The position numbers and the translations under genes were made by a program. Positions 27,201 to 39,222 of a DNA stretch of 64,000 nt are shown piece by piece. The notes beneath the pieces are model-generated. The model was not told the origin of the DNA, searched no databases, and saw only the letters and a list, made by a program, of their open reading frames with translations. Numbering within the stretch: the first letter of the stretch is position 1; each line of letters begins with the position of its first letter. Origin of the DNA: Phoronis australis (lineage: Eukaryota > Animalia > Phoronida). Where the stretch lies: positions 748,570 to 812,569 of the forward strand of contig NMRA01000129.1 in assembly GCA_002633005.1 (NCBI GenBank), written 5' to 3'.

Positions 27201-30200
27201 TACCTTTTGAGGACTCAGATTTGTGAATTTTCTTGCTCACCATTGCATTAACTAATCAATAAAGCTGCTAAAATCTCTTTATCTATTACACAATATCAAG
27301 AATGAAGGAATATTATCGGTTTCGGCGTCGAAAATGCATTTTTGGTATTTTTGTTAGACGGGATAGGCTTTTTGAAGTTATTACCTTTGACACGTACTAT
27401 AAAATAACAACATTCGTAGTTTTTTAGACATTTTATTAGAAAAGCATGGTCACGTGATCGCATTAATGACTGATTGGTGTAAAGTTCAAAATCAAAGTCT
27501 ACGGTGTTAAATTTTATAGTTTAAGCAAAGACTTGTCGATAAGGTACCCCCACCTTTACGATTTATAAATGATTAAAGAGCAAGTATACGAACACTTCAT
27601 AAAACCAAAAAAGTTTAAGGTTGAAACTCAGTTGTTTTACTCGTGTATTTCCGTAGCCCACTCAGTTTGACAATTTGATTGGTTGCTGTGATGTATAGTA
27701 CCAGGTTTATAGTTTGGGGGTCCGTGATATTTTTTATCCATGAGCCCCAAGCGGACAGTACGTGTTATTGCAATCAGTTGGAAAGCAACTATCTGGCCGT
27801 CAAATTCAAAAGTGGCAATTTCAAAAAAATGAAAAAATGGTAGGCTTAATGTTTATTACTGATTCGCATCGGGAATGGTCGGCCACTCTGGCTGCTTGAC
27901 GCAGACTGTCTCTACCCCCAATAAATCGGGACCTGCCGCAAAAACATATCGTAACAGACTTGGTAGATGAATTCACCGTGAGAAGCAACAAACTGAGTTT
28001 CACGGAATATCATATACATATAACACAGACAATACCAAATGAATTTTGAATTTAATGCTGAGCTAGTCCCTGGTCCTTTATTTGTTTTACTAATTAATTT
28101 ACGAAGCTACGTTGGTGACAATAGCTTTTGAACCCACTAAAATTAAAAATGGTCCGACACAACTGGGGCTGGACATTTTGAGTTTTGGACTGCGTGTGAA
28201 GGCCACGGGTGACATTTGCTTGATTTTTTAGTCTGTTCTGATTGAAAAATATAAGGTGTTGATTCTGTGACCCATTTTTGCTCAGCTGTGACTTTTCTAA
28301 GCCTTTGCTACAGAATGCGGTCCTGCTTTCAAAATTACGATAAGCGCAGAACATTGGAATATCCGGGTAGTTTCTTACCTTAATTAACATATTCATGTTC
28401 TAAACAGGCAAGTTTTGAGGTTATGCAGGACCTTAATGACAAGTCTGTGTATTACACCAAATATCTGAGTCAGTAAAAGTATATAATTTCACAAGAACTG
28501 ACTTTTCATCACGTGGCAAAGTCTTTTAAATAAAATTTAACATACAACAAAGAAACATTCACAGCAAAACATCGGTAACAATAACACGACAAAATTTCAC
28601 TTGATACAAATGTTCAAGATGCACTTAGAAAAAAAGGCCATTGCAGTTTTTTAAATTATCATTTCATTTTCATTTTGCGCAACGTTTGAGATTTTTTAGA
28701 AAAAACATAAAGGTCCTATTTTTGTTATAACCTTTCATGCAAAAGCGAAACAATTAAAAAGCAATTGCTGTCAACGTTTTATGGAATAGTGTATGTTCCG
28801 AAGTTTGCCAAATTTGGGTATTTTCCACGGTCCCACATAACCTTAGGTGCTGCAGTAGAAGTGTTCCTATAAAATACGCAGCATGTGGTCGCCGAGGATG
28901 TCATGTTGAACGGAAGGGCACCTATGAGAATGATTGTAGTTGCGTGTATTCACCGACACGGGACTTTGCATCATTTATTTGCCTGTCTTTTGAAATTCTC
29001 AAGACTATAATATTATTTTGAACCATTCGAAGTCAAATATTTTCTTACAAGGTTGAAAAATAAACATTTGACCGAGGGGACAAGAAGACAATTGATCTCG
29101 ACATAAAATTTCAAAAAGAGCTTATAACAGACGGTTGGGTTTATTGTAAGTGGGTTCACTTTATGCATATTAATGGCAGGCCTACTGCATTTATTTTTGT
29201 GAAGTTGATACAAGCAAAATGTAATTTGTCTATTCACAACAAACCATAAAATCTGATCAAATATGCATCGTGACGTTTGAACCTACTGAAATTCTATTTC
29301 TGTTGTAGTCGCTGGATGCGCAGTTGATACGAATGTGTGACCATCTGGTAGAAAACAATGATATCAAAACAAGGTCTAAATTACATGGTCACTTGTTCCG
29401 TGTTAATTATACAGATATAAACGAATGTACAATGTCAGTGTTATTGATATAATATGTCATTTGTTCTATTGTCGGTCGTATGAATTGAGTTGATCAGAGA
29501 TTAATCACTTAATAAATTCATCCAAGAGCATTGTTATCAATACATTTTAGATAAGAGTGATATAAATAAGGGGGAAAAACAACGTGGAAATAAACAAAAA
29601 AAATATAATCCTAGCAGTTTCAGTTCTTTAATGGGACTGTCTACCAGGTCCAAAGATATTTTATAGCTTCCGAATCTAGCATCTTATTTTAATGAAAAGT
29701 GTCGTGCATTTAACAAATTCTGTATAACATCTTATTTTAGCAAATGTTGCTGGAAACGTATTTCAAAATACAATTGGTAATAGATCTACCGGGTACTTCA
29801 CATTCAAACGGTACCTTATTTTGCAACAAGCTTAAGCTTGTGGACTTTTTTTACAAATAATTGCACTCGGTTTGGTTGTAGCAGACGTGCGCAGGTCTCT
29901 CATGTGACCCCATTGATTGATCACCTTGAACCAAGTTTATTCAAGATGGTATGTCTCATTAAAGCCGTGAATATTTAAATTTGTAGCAAGCGCCACCTAA
30001 TGACTTCCTGGAAAACTGCGTGTACAAGTATAATCAGGAAAAGAAACAATTTGTAAACAAATTTCGGTTTCAAAGAAAACACTACAACTGATTGATACAC
30101 TTAACAACAAGTGTGAACATATAAAAAACTCTGGTAATTCCAAATATTATGCAATCGTTATTTGATAAGTGAAATAAACAAATAATAAAATCTGTGTCTT

Positions 30201-33200
30201 GTTTTATTAGGGTAACGATGAAATTTTACCATACTCATTTACATAAAAATAGTTTCGCAAAACGAGACTTTCACGAGATTGTAATGGCAACTGGTTCTCG
30301 GATGGTTTCCGGCACACAGTAGGACCTGGGGTTGTTTGTAAATTAGTACTTCATTTGCATATTCACAATTTAATTAGACTATGCATCTTTAGTGTATAGT
30401 TAAAACCGAGCTAAAGGTCCAGATTCCTGACTCAAGGGGCTAGCAGAGTGCCCTAGTGGGATTCGACTGACCCAGTAAAGGAAGCGGACACCTACTCCAC
30501 TAGTTCGTACTTCCTCCTCTTGTTGGAATAACATTTAGGAAACACTGATGCGCAAGGAGTCTCGAAAACGGCCTCAACTAGTGGTAACTGACTAACAATC
30601 ATGGCGGTCAGTGTCCCCTTCATGGCATTTGGCTAAAGGTACATCTTTCAACCTGTCCCTACTAGTCCTTTTCATCAAGATGGATAAGGCGCAAAGAATT
30701 CGCTAATCTTTGTATTTTATTAATGCATTTTGAGACTCACTTTCCATTTTGTGTTTTTGTATGATGGTTGCTTTGTCGTCAGTATTCTCACCAAAATGCC
30801 ATGTTGCGGTGGACCAGTGCCGAGTTTTAATTCGGGTGTACAAGTGACGTCTTCCGCCCTACTGTTACATGTAACCCAGTTAACTAGGGTGTCACTGCAT
30901 GTCGACAAATGTCCTCCAACTGAATGCATTTGAAAAGGGGGGCAGCGCTGTAGAAGAAATCCTTCAAATTCGTTATAGTGCAACTTACTCCCAAGTTCGA
31001 TCTTTCATAGCACAGGTGGCGTTGCTACCAAATTGAGTGCGAGGTAGGACGACGGGCTTGAATGTTAGAATGAGTTGGGTTTGACAGGACTTTTACTTTT
31101 ATACACATGTATAAAATTGTTACGTTTAACGTTCATTGTCTTTTTAAGTAACGTTTTAAAATAAAGTGGGATAAAAGAATTAAAGACATTGTTTTTGTAC
31201 ATCGAGGTTTCTAATTCTATGTAGCAGGGACAGTCAATTCACCATCATGAAACTATTATACTTTGTATTTTGCGAACTGCCTGGAAACAAGAAAGTTCCA
31301 GTTTCACGTAGACTACAAAGAGCTGACATAATCATGACTAAATGTTGGCATATGTGTCGTTCATACTGGAGCTCACAGTTCGTTTTCTTGTAACAGAAAA
31401 AAATCAACCCCAGCACACCATTAACACTGCCACTTTATGATGGTAAATTTTATTATCATTAACGGGTTTTCTGTAAATACAATATTCCATGTCTAAATAT
31501 CTCGCCTTCTCTCTCATATATTGGGAGATAATTGAGTCAATATGATGTTAATGTCTGCGCGGTAGGAACCTGGCAGTTGGCATCTGACATACAATACATT
31601 GCATCTAATGAAAATATCAACCTTCACGAAGATAGACTTCACTGGGAGCGGACCTGAGTAAATTGGGAGGATACGGACTAACACCTTTACGACTCGTGAA
31701 TTGGCTAGAGAAAAGCAAGACTGGAAGTGAAACCTAAAGGCCAACCATGCAAATTCACAAACTTTGATTCATAATCGTTTTATGCTCTACACACGATTTT
31801 GAATAGGTGGAAGGGAAAGTTGTCTAATAGCGGCAATGCACATGCTTAAATCTCTTGTAGCTCCCGAGAATAATTGCATCGTGAAGAAATTGTGGATTTT
31901 GTTCAGAATTCTTAATGTTTTTAAAATTGAGGACGGTTGTTGGTTTTCACCTCACTTATGTAGTACTTTACGAGATGCGCATGTCAGACGTAAAACGAAT
32001 ATTAACTCTAGTCCCAACAGCCCCAGTACACAGTATTAATACGCAGTCATGAATTTTCGCGGACAAATTACTTCTAACTACTTGCTGCTTCAATTAAATA
32101 AAAGCAGGGTTCAACATTTATATTTTATCGGTATTTCTTCACCATACAGAACGTGCTATACTATAAAACAATATGCAGCAAATAAAATATCTTTCAACTT
32201 GAATAAAAATTGTCATGAACATGTGTTTTGATTGCTTTCGTGTATTTTGAATCGTGTCATCACAAGTGCATGTCGGTGTAATCCAGTTGTCTCTCCGTTG
32301 ACAGGACTCAGTCTCACATGTGCAAGTCGTAAGTCAAGTGTCAGTCTTTATTGGGGCCACGTGTTCCCACTTGAGACTGCGCGCAGCGAACATGAAGGCA
32401 TATTATAAACGAATTAAATTTTATAAGTTGATCTTAACTTGTAACGAATTGTATAATGCTTTAACAAAGTAAAATTTGAACCGGGAATTGACTGATAATT
32501 TGGAAAATAGTCATTTAAACAAAACAAAACACATCTTTCATGCAAGAGACGTTTTGACATTATCGGTTCTTGTGTTTTAAACTGTCGACATACGTGATGG
32601 GCTTCAAGGAGGCGACACATTTGAAAAGAGCCAACGAAAAGTAAGTAACACCTCGTTTTTATTGCTTATTTTTTAAGAAAAATAGTAACATCATCATCCG
32701 TGTAATAATGGATAGTTCAACTAAGTACGAGTATAAATAAGTGACAGCGAATCTAAGATTTGTCGGAAACAGACTGTTTATTAGCCAACGACTTTTCGTT
32801 TTGTATTTCAGGCCTACAATTTACACCCAAAACGTACACTAGTCTACATAAGGGTAGAACCTCACCTACCTGAATGGTCCATGGGAGGTCCTTGTAAAGA
32901 TCCCATGTTACCAACGTTTGGTGTTACATTCGACAGGCCTTGCATATTGGGCAAAGTCGAGTAGGGCTGAACCGACGGAGCGTTGTTATAGTGCGGGGCG
33001 AACCCGCCTACCGATCGCCAGGTATTGATATTGTGCGGCGGGGGCGCCTCCATGGCGAAATGATTTGGCGGAGTCCGCGGGTTGTAACCCGTTGGTGGGG
33101 GAAGCATTGCCTCGCCGTGAGTCGGGCTGAGTCGGTGCTGGGACAATTGACTGGAGTGAAGTCCTAGAAGGTCTTGTATCGCAAATGGTGTCCTTTGGGT

Positions 33201-33293
33201 GAAGGACGAGGAATATGCTCCAGGTCGACACGAAGGCACGACGAGACCGTTAGGCGTTGACACCAAGCCGTGCGCGTGATGCGAGAGATTCAT
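14973..33293 (-). CDS. Vsx: Visual system homeobox protein (Vsx/Chx10), complete: join(32870..33293, 23531..23609, 21275..21398, 15485..15665, 14973..15241), 1077 nt, 358 aa
   Basis: Octapeptide FAIQDLLGL; homeodomain [58 protein letters not shown] (Q50); CVC domain [25 protein letters not shown]...APWLLSMHKKS; [16 protein letters not shown]. All four introns are GT-AG with compatible phases (1,2,0,1). Confidence 0.97.
15485..15665 (-). CDS. Vsx: Vsx exon 4 (homeodomain helix 3 and CVC domain), 181 nt; shown in the wrong frame by the ORF track
   Basis: tttag|GTT TGG TTT CAA AAT = [60 protein letters not shown]; donor A|gtaaga. Confidence 0.97.
21275..21398 (-). CDS. Vsx: Vsx exon 3 (homeodomain helices 1-2), 124 nt
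   Basis: ttctag|A ACA ATC; [41 protein letters not shown]; donor CAG|gttttg at the classic PRD-class position 46/47. Confidence 0.97.
23531..23609 (-). CDS. Vsx: Vsx exon 2 (basic region leading into the homeodomain), 79 nt; not in the ORF track
   Basis: tttttccag|AC GAC GAC...; [27 protein letters not shown]; donor AG|gtaact. Confidence 0.93.
25518..25592. repeat. Tandem duplication, 38-bp period x2
   Basis: gggcgcatgagcctaaatatgcgcacatgcgtgtatt at 25518 and 25556. Confidence 0.93.
32870..33293 (-). CDS. Vsx: Vsx exon 1 (octapeptide, Pro/His-rich), 424 nt coding
   Basis: ATG at 33293; [15 protein letters not shown]; donor CAG|gtaggt in phase 1, joining exon 2 in frame. Confidence 0.92.
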
Positions 33294-34527
33294 AGCTCAT
33301 CAAAATTGAATAATTCCGTAAAATCAAAAGGAAACACGCCAAAACTTCACGAGCGTTCAGTACGCTTTCCTCTCCAAACGCAGAAATAAAAAGATATCTG
33401 ATCCGGAGTAACTGCACACACTTCCACGGCCAATTCTACTACAAAATCTAGTCAAATATGCCACTTTCAGACGATCATTTCTGTAACCAGTGCTGATCGG
33501 TTTTTATCAGATACCTGAGCCAAGAGACCTCCTTCTAATCACAACATAATCAGTGCGCATCCGTATTGGCTTGACGCTACATCTGTGTATAGTCCGCTTA
33601 ATTAGCTTTTGTTTCATCAACGAATAACCAGAGAAAACCGTGTTCTATCTATTAAATCTGCTGTCAATCATTCGAGTCAGACTGCCAGGGTAAACCTGCG
33701 AGGAATGCATAGCAGACAGAACATTGCCTGAACAGGGACCAGAGACGTAACGGCTTTTTTGGTCCATGAAGTTGATAGGGCCTATGTTTGCTATATTCCA
33801 AAACTGATCAAAACAATTAATTTTTTAATTCAAAATCAAGACATCATTTCTCGACTCTAGCACAAGAAAATATTACTTCAAGAAGCTCCCAGTACATTTT
33901 ACCAACAGAGATTAATTACATGCAATTATATTTTAATTATAGAGTCGAAAAACCTGCCTTCTATTAGAAAAAATCATCTACACCACATGCTGTTATGCTA
34001 CTGGTCTCAAATTGTATCTTAATCAAACTGAAGGTGATTTCAGGACTTCGAAAGAACCGGCAATTCGTTATTGGTTGAGATCAGGCTCTAAAAGTCACGG
34101 CGTGTCATTTTCTGCGGCGAGCACTCTCTGGTGGATGAATAACGAACTATCAGTTCTCTGCAAACTCAGAAATCGCTTCTCATCTAAGCCAGTAAGGATC
34201 AACTGGCTTCCAGTTGTATAGCTGCAAGTGGTACAACACAAAAGTTCGATTTTTGGACGGAACGACAACTTTATATTAACCTATGATTTAAATGAGCTAA
34301 TTTGTGAACAGCTTGGAGGCGTTGTCTGGTCACAAAGATAGAATCGTTAAATAATGATTCTAGACACTAGGTGGATAGCCAATTTACGCCAACGGAATGT
34401 CCACATTTTTACAACCATATATACCTGTGTTTTGTCCAAGTACCTGCGTGTCTGCACGAAAGAATCCTTACTTTTCTCAAGGGTTTCGCATATAAACGCG
34501 TGACTGCCTACGCTTCACTTCGAGTAG

Positions 34528-34621
34528 GCGCCTGTCAGATGGCTATCCTTTGAATATGTGCGCCTGTCAGATAGCTATCCTTGTATATGTGCACCCGTCA
34601 GATGGCTATCCTTTGCATATG
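34528..34621. repeat. Minisatellite, 31-32-bp unit x3
   Basis: gcgcctgtcagatggctatcctttgaatatgt and variants at 34528, 34560 and 34591. Confidence 0.9.
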
Positions 34622-35438
34622 AGCAATGTCTTAATTCATGATAATGGTCGTTATTCGTGCGTTTTTGTCTCTTTCTTTACTTTCCATTTAAAAATTAGCG
34701 TTAATTCAAATCACCTCATCTACCATTTTGTAACTGAAAAGTTAAGTTTCACTCACAAAATGTTACAGAAATTTGCTTTTTGGTTTGATTAAAGTGTCTC
34801 GCAAATAGGCGCGTGCGCCTAATTCCGGATATGGCCACAGCTTCACTTATGGACCAAAATATGCGCATCTATCAAATGATTTACGACTAAAAAGTAACAA
34901 CCATTTCGTTATTTTTAGTTATACAGTGGTTTTGTTTACTTATCACTTCAGTTATGACAATCCCGCGTCTTAACATTGTAGTTTAATTGCCAGTTTCTCT
35001 TCAAACAACTATGTACCCTCCGCCGAAATGAGATTGTAAACAACGAAGTTCAGATCGGTACTATTCACTGGTTAATACTCGCGAGAGCAAATTGGTCTTT
35101 AAAAGCAAATTAGTACCTAAGTAAAAGATTAAACAAATCCCACCTCAATCCGGGATCACAGCGAGAATGACTGGGCTAAATACTCGGCTAATTGCATGAG
35201 CCAAATGTTGTTCCTGTAAATATCCCCATGTTTTTGTATTGCCACCCAAACGACGCGTATAAGTTTTGTAGATAGTTCACACTAATTCCGACGTAGATCG
35301 TTTAAGAATTCGTTAATCAAATTGTTGTAATGAGCTATCACAAAAATCAAAACATAAATCTATTTTGATTTTTAATAATCAACGAAAATGCACATTAAAA
35401 TAAGAGTGTGATTGATTTCCACATACTTAGCACTGAGT

Positions 35439-35569
35439 TTGGAGCTGGCGTAAGATGTGATCTAATTGGAGCTGGCGTAAGATGTGATCAAATTGTATTT
35501 GGAGCTGGCGTAAGATGTGATCAAATTGTATGCGGAGCTGGCGTAAGATGTGATCAAATTGTATTTGGA
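35439..35569. repeat. Minisatellite, 33-bp unit x~4
   Basis: ggagctggcgtaagatgtgatc at 35441, 35468, 35501 and 35534; no unique spacers. Confidence 0.93.
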
Positions 35570-37085
35570 ACTAGTGCCTGAGGTAAAGTAGGACCTATGT
35601 TTGACCGAAAGGCCACATAGTCATCAACTAATACACCTGTGTGAAAGCTTACCTAAGCGGATTCTTGTACGACTAATTACTCAAGTACTTAATTACTCGC
35701 ATCTTTAATATAAGACCACTAAACTTACAATGTTTGGATTTCTGACATTTTCACCGTTATTCGCCAAAGCTTCATTCTGGTGGACTGTTTCAATTAATTT
35801 ATATTAGCAGTACTCGTTGACTACAAGGATAAACCATCAAAATTTTCTTGCGCGCTTAATAAGACCAGGGATCCGGTATAGCAAATCTCTGGAAAGATTG
35901 TGCGCTTTAGCCGGCTGGTCTAAAAACTTGGAACGTCAAATTGAGATGGACACCGTTAGTTTGAAACTGTTTAGTACACTAAAATACCGCTAGGTATGGT
36001 AAAATCGTGAAAGCAGAAGCAGTTACTCGCTCCGTTTCGGAACTTGACTCGTTTTTTTCTAATAAACACAAATCAAAATCACACAACACTTGCCACTTAA
36101 ATACAAAGTGCGTAGCTGTATAAGTGGAGGTGAACTGGGATCTTCATCCTCAACCTCATTTGAAGACAAATGTGGACGTCACGTGGTTTTACAGCTTCAT
36201 GCAGATTTTCGGTTGACACTACACTTGCTGGCTGCATGCACTGTATGCCTTTCGCCGGTGAAAGTGTCGCCCGTGACACTCGTAATTAGGATCGTGCTCT
36301 GAAGCACTTGTACGTTCGCAATATTCTACTTGTATTTTTCGCTCGTAGTTTTACATTCGTAATTTTACGCTCTTATTTTTGCTTATGTTATCACAGTGGC
36401 GGATCTAGGATGTCACAAGGGGGGGCTAACATTTTGTCTGTAAACATTTGCGCAAAGCACGATTGTAGATGCGCATAGCACCCAATGGGGGAGGTCGGGA
36501 GGGGCAAACCCATCGACAACCTCCTAAGGTGTTCCTGTATGCGCAAAAGGTATTTATAACAACGTGACTTTAATGTTTTAGTCGGTGCGAGGCATAATTC
36601 GCAGAAAAGCTTTCGGAGTATGGAGCGCCTATAGGAGCTGCATCGCCTCTGGTCGGGCCAACAGAGGCGATGGTCATTGCCTAGGATAGAGCGCGCGTGC
36701 TTAACCCGGCCCTGCACCACCACGATTTAACTCCTAATTAGTTACTAAGAGACCTACTTATTTATGGTCCACAGCGTTTGCGCGCGAAACTTTCTTCTTT
36801 TTGTAATGTTTATTACACTTTTTTATATTTTGTGCAATCAGTTCGTAACAAATTTGTTGTATTTAAAATAGTCTTCAATTGCCCAAAAGACCAAATCCGT
36901 TATTTTGTGTTGGCATTAATGACGCGATTGCTTCGGAAATCGTCTTAAGGTTTGACAAAGAGAGAATTATGAGTTTTTGAATGATTCACAAAGGCTTCGA
37001 TTAAAATTCACATCTTACCAGCAGCCTCTATTTTTTCATCGTCACTCAGATTCCATTTTCTTTAAAAAATGAAGTAATTTTCTTT

Positions 37086-37117
37086 ATTGCACCATAGACT
37101 ATAGTCTATGATTGCAC
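37086..37117. mobile_element. 18-bp perfect palindrome flanked by a 7-bp direct repeat; probable transposon footprint or minimal element
   Basis: attgcac-CATAGACTATAGTCTATG-attgcac. Confidence 0.7.
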
Positions 37118-38718
37118 ACTGAAGCAGACGACGGAAACGGAGTCGTAGTGCGCAGCGCCACTGCCGGTCGCCTGGGATANCCCCCAAACACACTAAAACT
37201 GCACACATTTCAATCTTGTTTCCGCCGTATAATGTTAATTACTGGGGTTAATTAATAAACTCAACACAGTGTGTGACTGGGCAACGCGTTTTCAAAATAT
37301 TGTGAATAAATCAGTGAAGTGTGAGACCCCTGAGGTCCTTGTCAAGTCCTCACGACAATTCTACGTTATGCCTACGCTCTTGCTTTTATTTTTTGCGGCA
37401 GCCAAGGGGGGGTCGTCCCCCCTCCCCCTTAAATCCGCCTATGTATCATACGAAGTGTTCAAAGGGTAAAATCTCAGGTGCAACATATATAAATGCAAAA
37501 GAATGATAAACATCAACGACTTGACCGATATTTTTAACTTGCTACCCTAGGCATCCCACGGATTTGAAATTGGTCCGTTTTAGTAAATACTGGGGTGGCA
37601 AAATGTGCATCTACCAGGTTGTCTGGTAACTTATATTTTTATAATATTTGTTAAAATTGCCATGTCAGTGTCCAAGAAGGCCACTCAGAATATACGAGTC
37701 CCTTTGGTGTCACTTCGTAAAACGGACCTTGGCAAGTTCAGAAGCTTCAACATGTACGTTAGATCCAGAGCGAGTTTAATAACAATTTATCATAGGACGG
37801 AAACGGACGAAAAGCTTCCAGTCATGAAAGTGTAGACCTCCGTGTCTGGAGATGTAGATGAAGAGAGGTATTGACGTGTAATGTAAATTTCCGGACACTT
37901 CAAGAATTGGCAGTAACATGTGAGAAACGTTGAGGACCTGTTCAAAACGTATCTCATTCGGTAAACTTCAGTCAGAATAAAAGTGCCTAATGTAAAACTC
38001 AAAAATCCCAGTTAATTTATTCGTCACATATAATTACACCAATTAAAGATACACTTCGCTCTGTCAAGCAAGCTTAGAAACGAAAATCTAATTACCGCCA
38101 ATCACGCGAATGAAATCGGTCTCATAATAATCCTGGTTGTGATCATAGGGCTTCTACGTTACCAACAAGAACATCGAGACTATCAGGGTTTATTGGGATT
38201 CGCCAACCCTAAGATTGCGAACTCGAAAATGGCGCTGTTAACGCCTCCGAACTGAAAATGCTTGATTGGGAGAAAAAATATGGCAATGTCGACATGTATC
38301 GAAGCCACTTGCAAGAACACAAGTCTTTGGGTACTTTAGTACTAATGGCTTGGACAGCTGGTTGTCTTGGAAACGAAACTTGCTTGAATCCCACGGAATA
38401 GTTGATAGTCATCTCAGTCTGCTTGTTTTTATAAATATGTCTGAAAATAGACATCGATTTTTCCAATATCTGTTACGTATAAGCGTAACCTCAGACGACT
38501 AGACTCTGGCTGGCCAAGTGCGGAGAGAGGGTTTTAATTTATACGAGCTCAGATCGTTAATGAACTTAACTCACATTTTTAATCGCTATAATAAGAGGCG
38601 ATAATAGTCAATTCCTTTAAAAGAAATTGACTGTCACATCTATATAAAATGTTCACCAAATTCTAATGTGAACAACAAAATAATTAACAAACCCAACACC
38701 AAAGCCCTTTTCACTCGC

Positions 38719-38771
38719 CGCTAAGCAGACACCGCAGAGGCGCTAAGCAGACACCGCAGAGGCGCTGAGCA
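38719..38771. repeat. 22-bp tandem repeat x2.4
   Basis: cgctaagcagacaccgcagagg repeated. Confidence 0.9.
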
Positions 38772-38826
38772 TGCCTTTGGAAATACTAAAGCGGCATCTA
38801 TTGACAAAATGTCAAGCGATTGAAGA

Positions 38827-39222
38827 TGCTGTGCGTGAACTTCGAATCTTGATTAATTTCAAGATCGCATACGCGTGAACTTGGAATTGAGTATTCATCA
38901 AGACAATCAAGTGATATATATTGTTTATTTTAAAGAATTTTTGCGGTTATTGGCCACACAGTTATCCATTTTTCCTTTACTGGAACTCTTGTCATAGCTA
39001 GAATTGGAAGTATGTGTGAACGGTGGATAAACTCGCCAATAGTTGAAAGCGGTTGTGTAAATTTATATTGTTTTATCAACATGTAATTTACTTTAGTGCA
39101 GTGCAAATTTTATCAACGTGAACGTGATTATTTGAGTGAACTTTCCGAGATCCGTGGTGTAATTCCAAGTTCACGCATACGTGATCTTGAGATTACGTAG
39201 GATTCCAAGTTCACGCACAGCA
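38827..39222. mobile_element. MITE-like element with ~60-bp imperfect TIRs
   Basis: tgctgtgcgtgaacttcgaatc vs gattccaagttcacgcacagca (21/22 complementary), plus an inner pair tcaagatcgcatacgcgtgaacttggaatt / aattccaagttcacgcatacgtgatcttga; no clear TSD. Confidence 0.82.

Noticed and set aside
29287-29344. Possible extra Vsx exon (ccag|ATGGTCAC...TTTCA|gtaggt)
   Set aside because: 58 nt would shift the frame; exon 1 already joins exon 2 in frame, and there is no Vsx similarity.
35439-35569. CRISPR-like appearance of the 33-bp repeats
   Set aside because: Units are contiguous with no unique spacers, there are no cas genes, and the context is eukaryotic.
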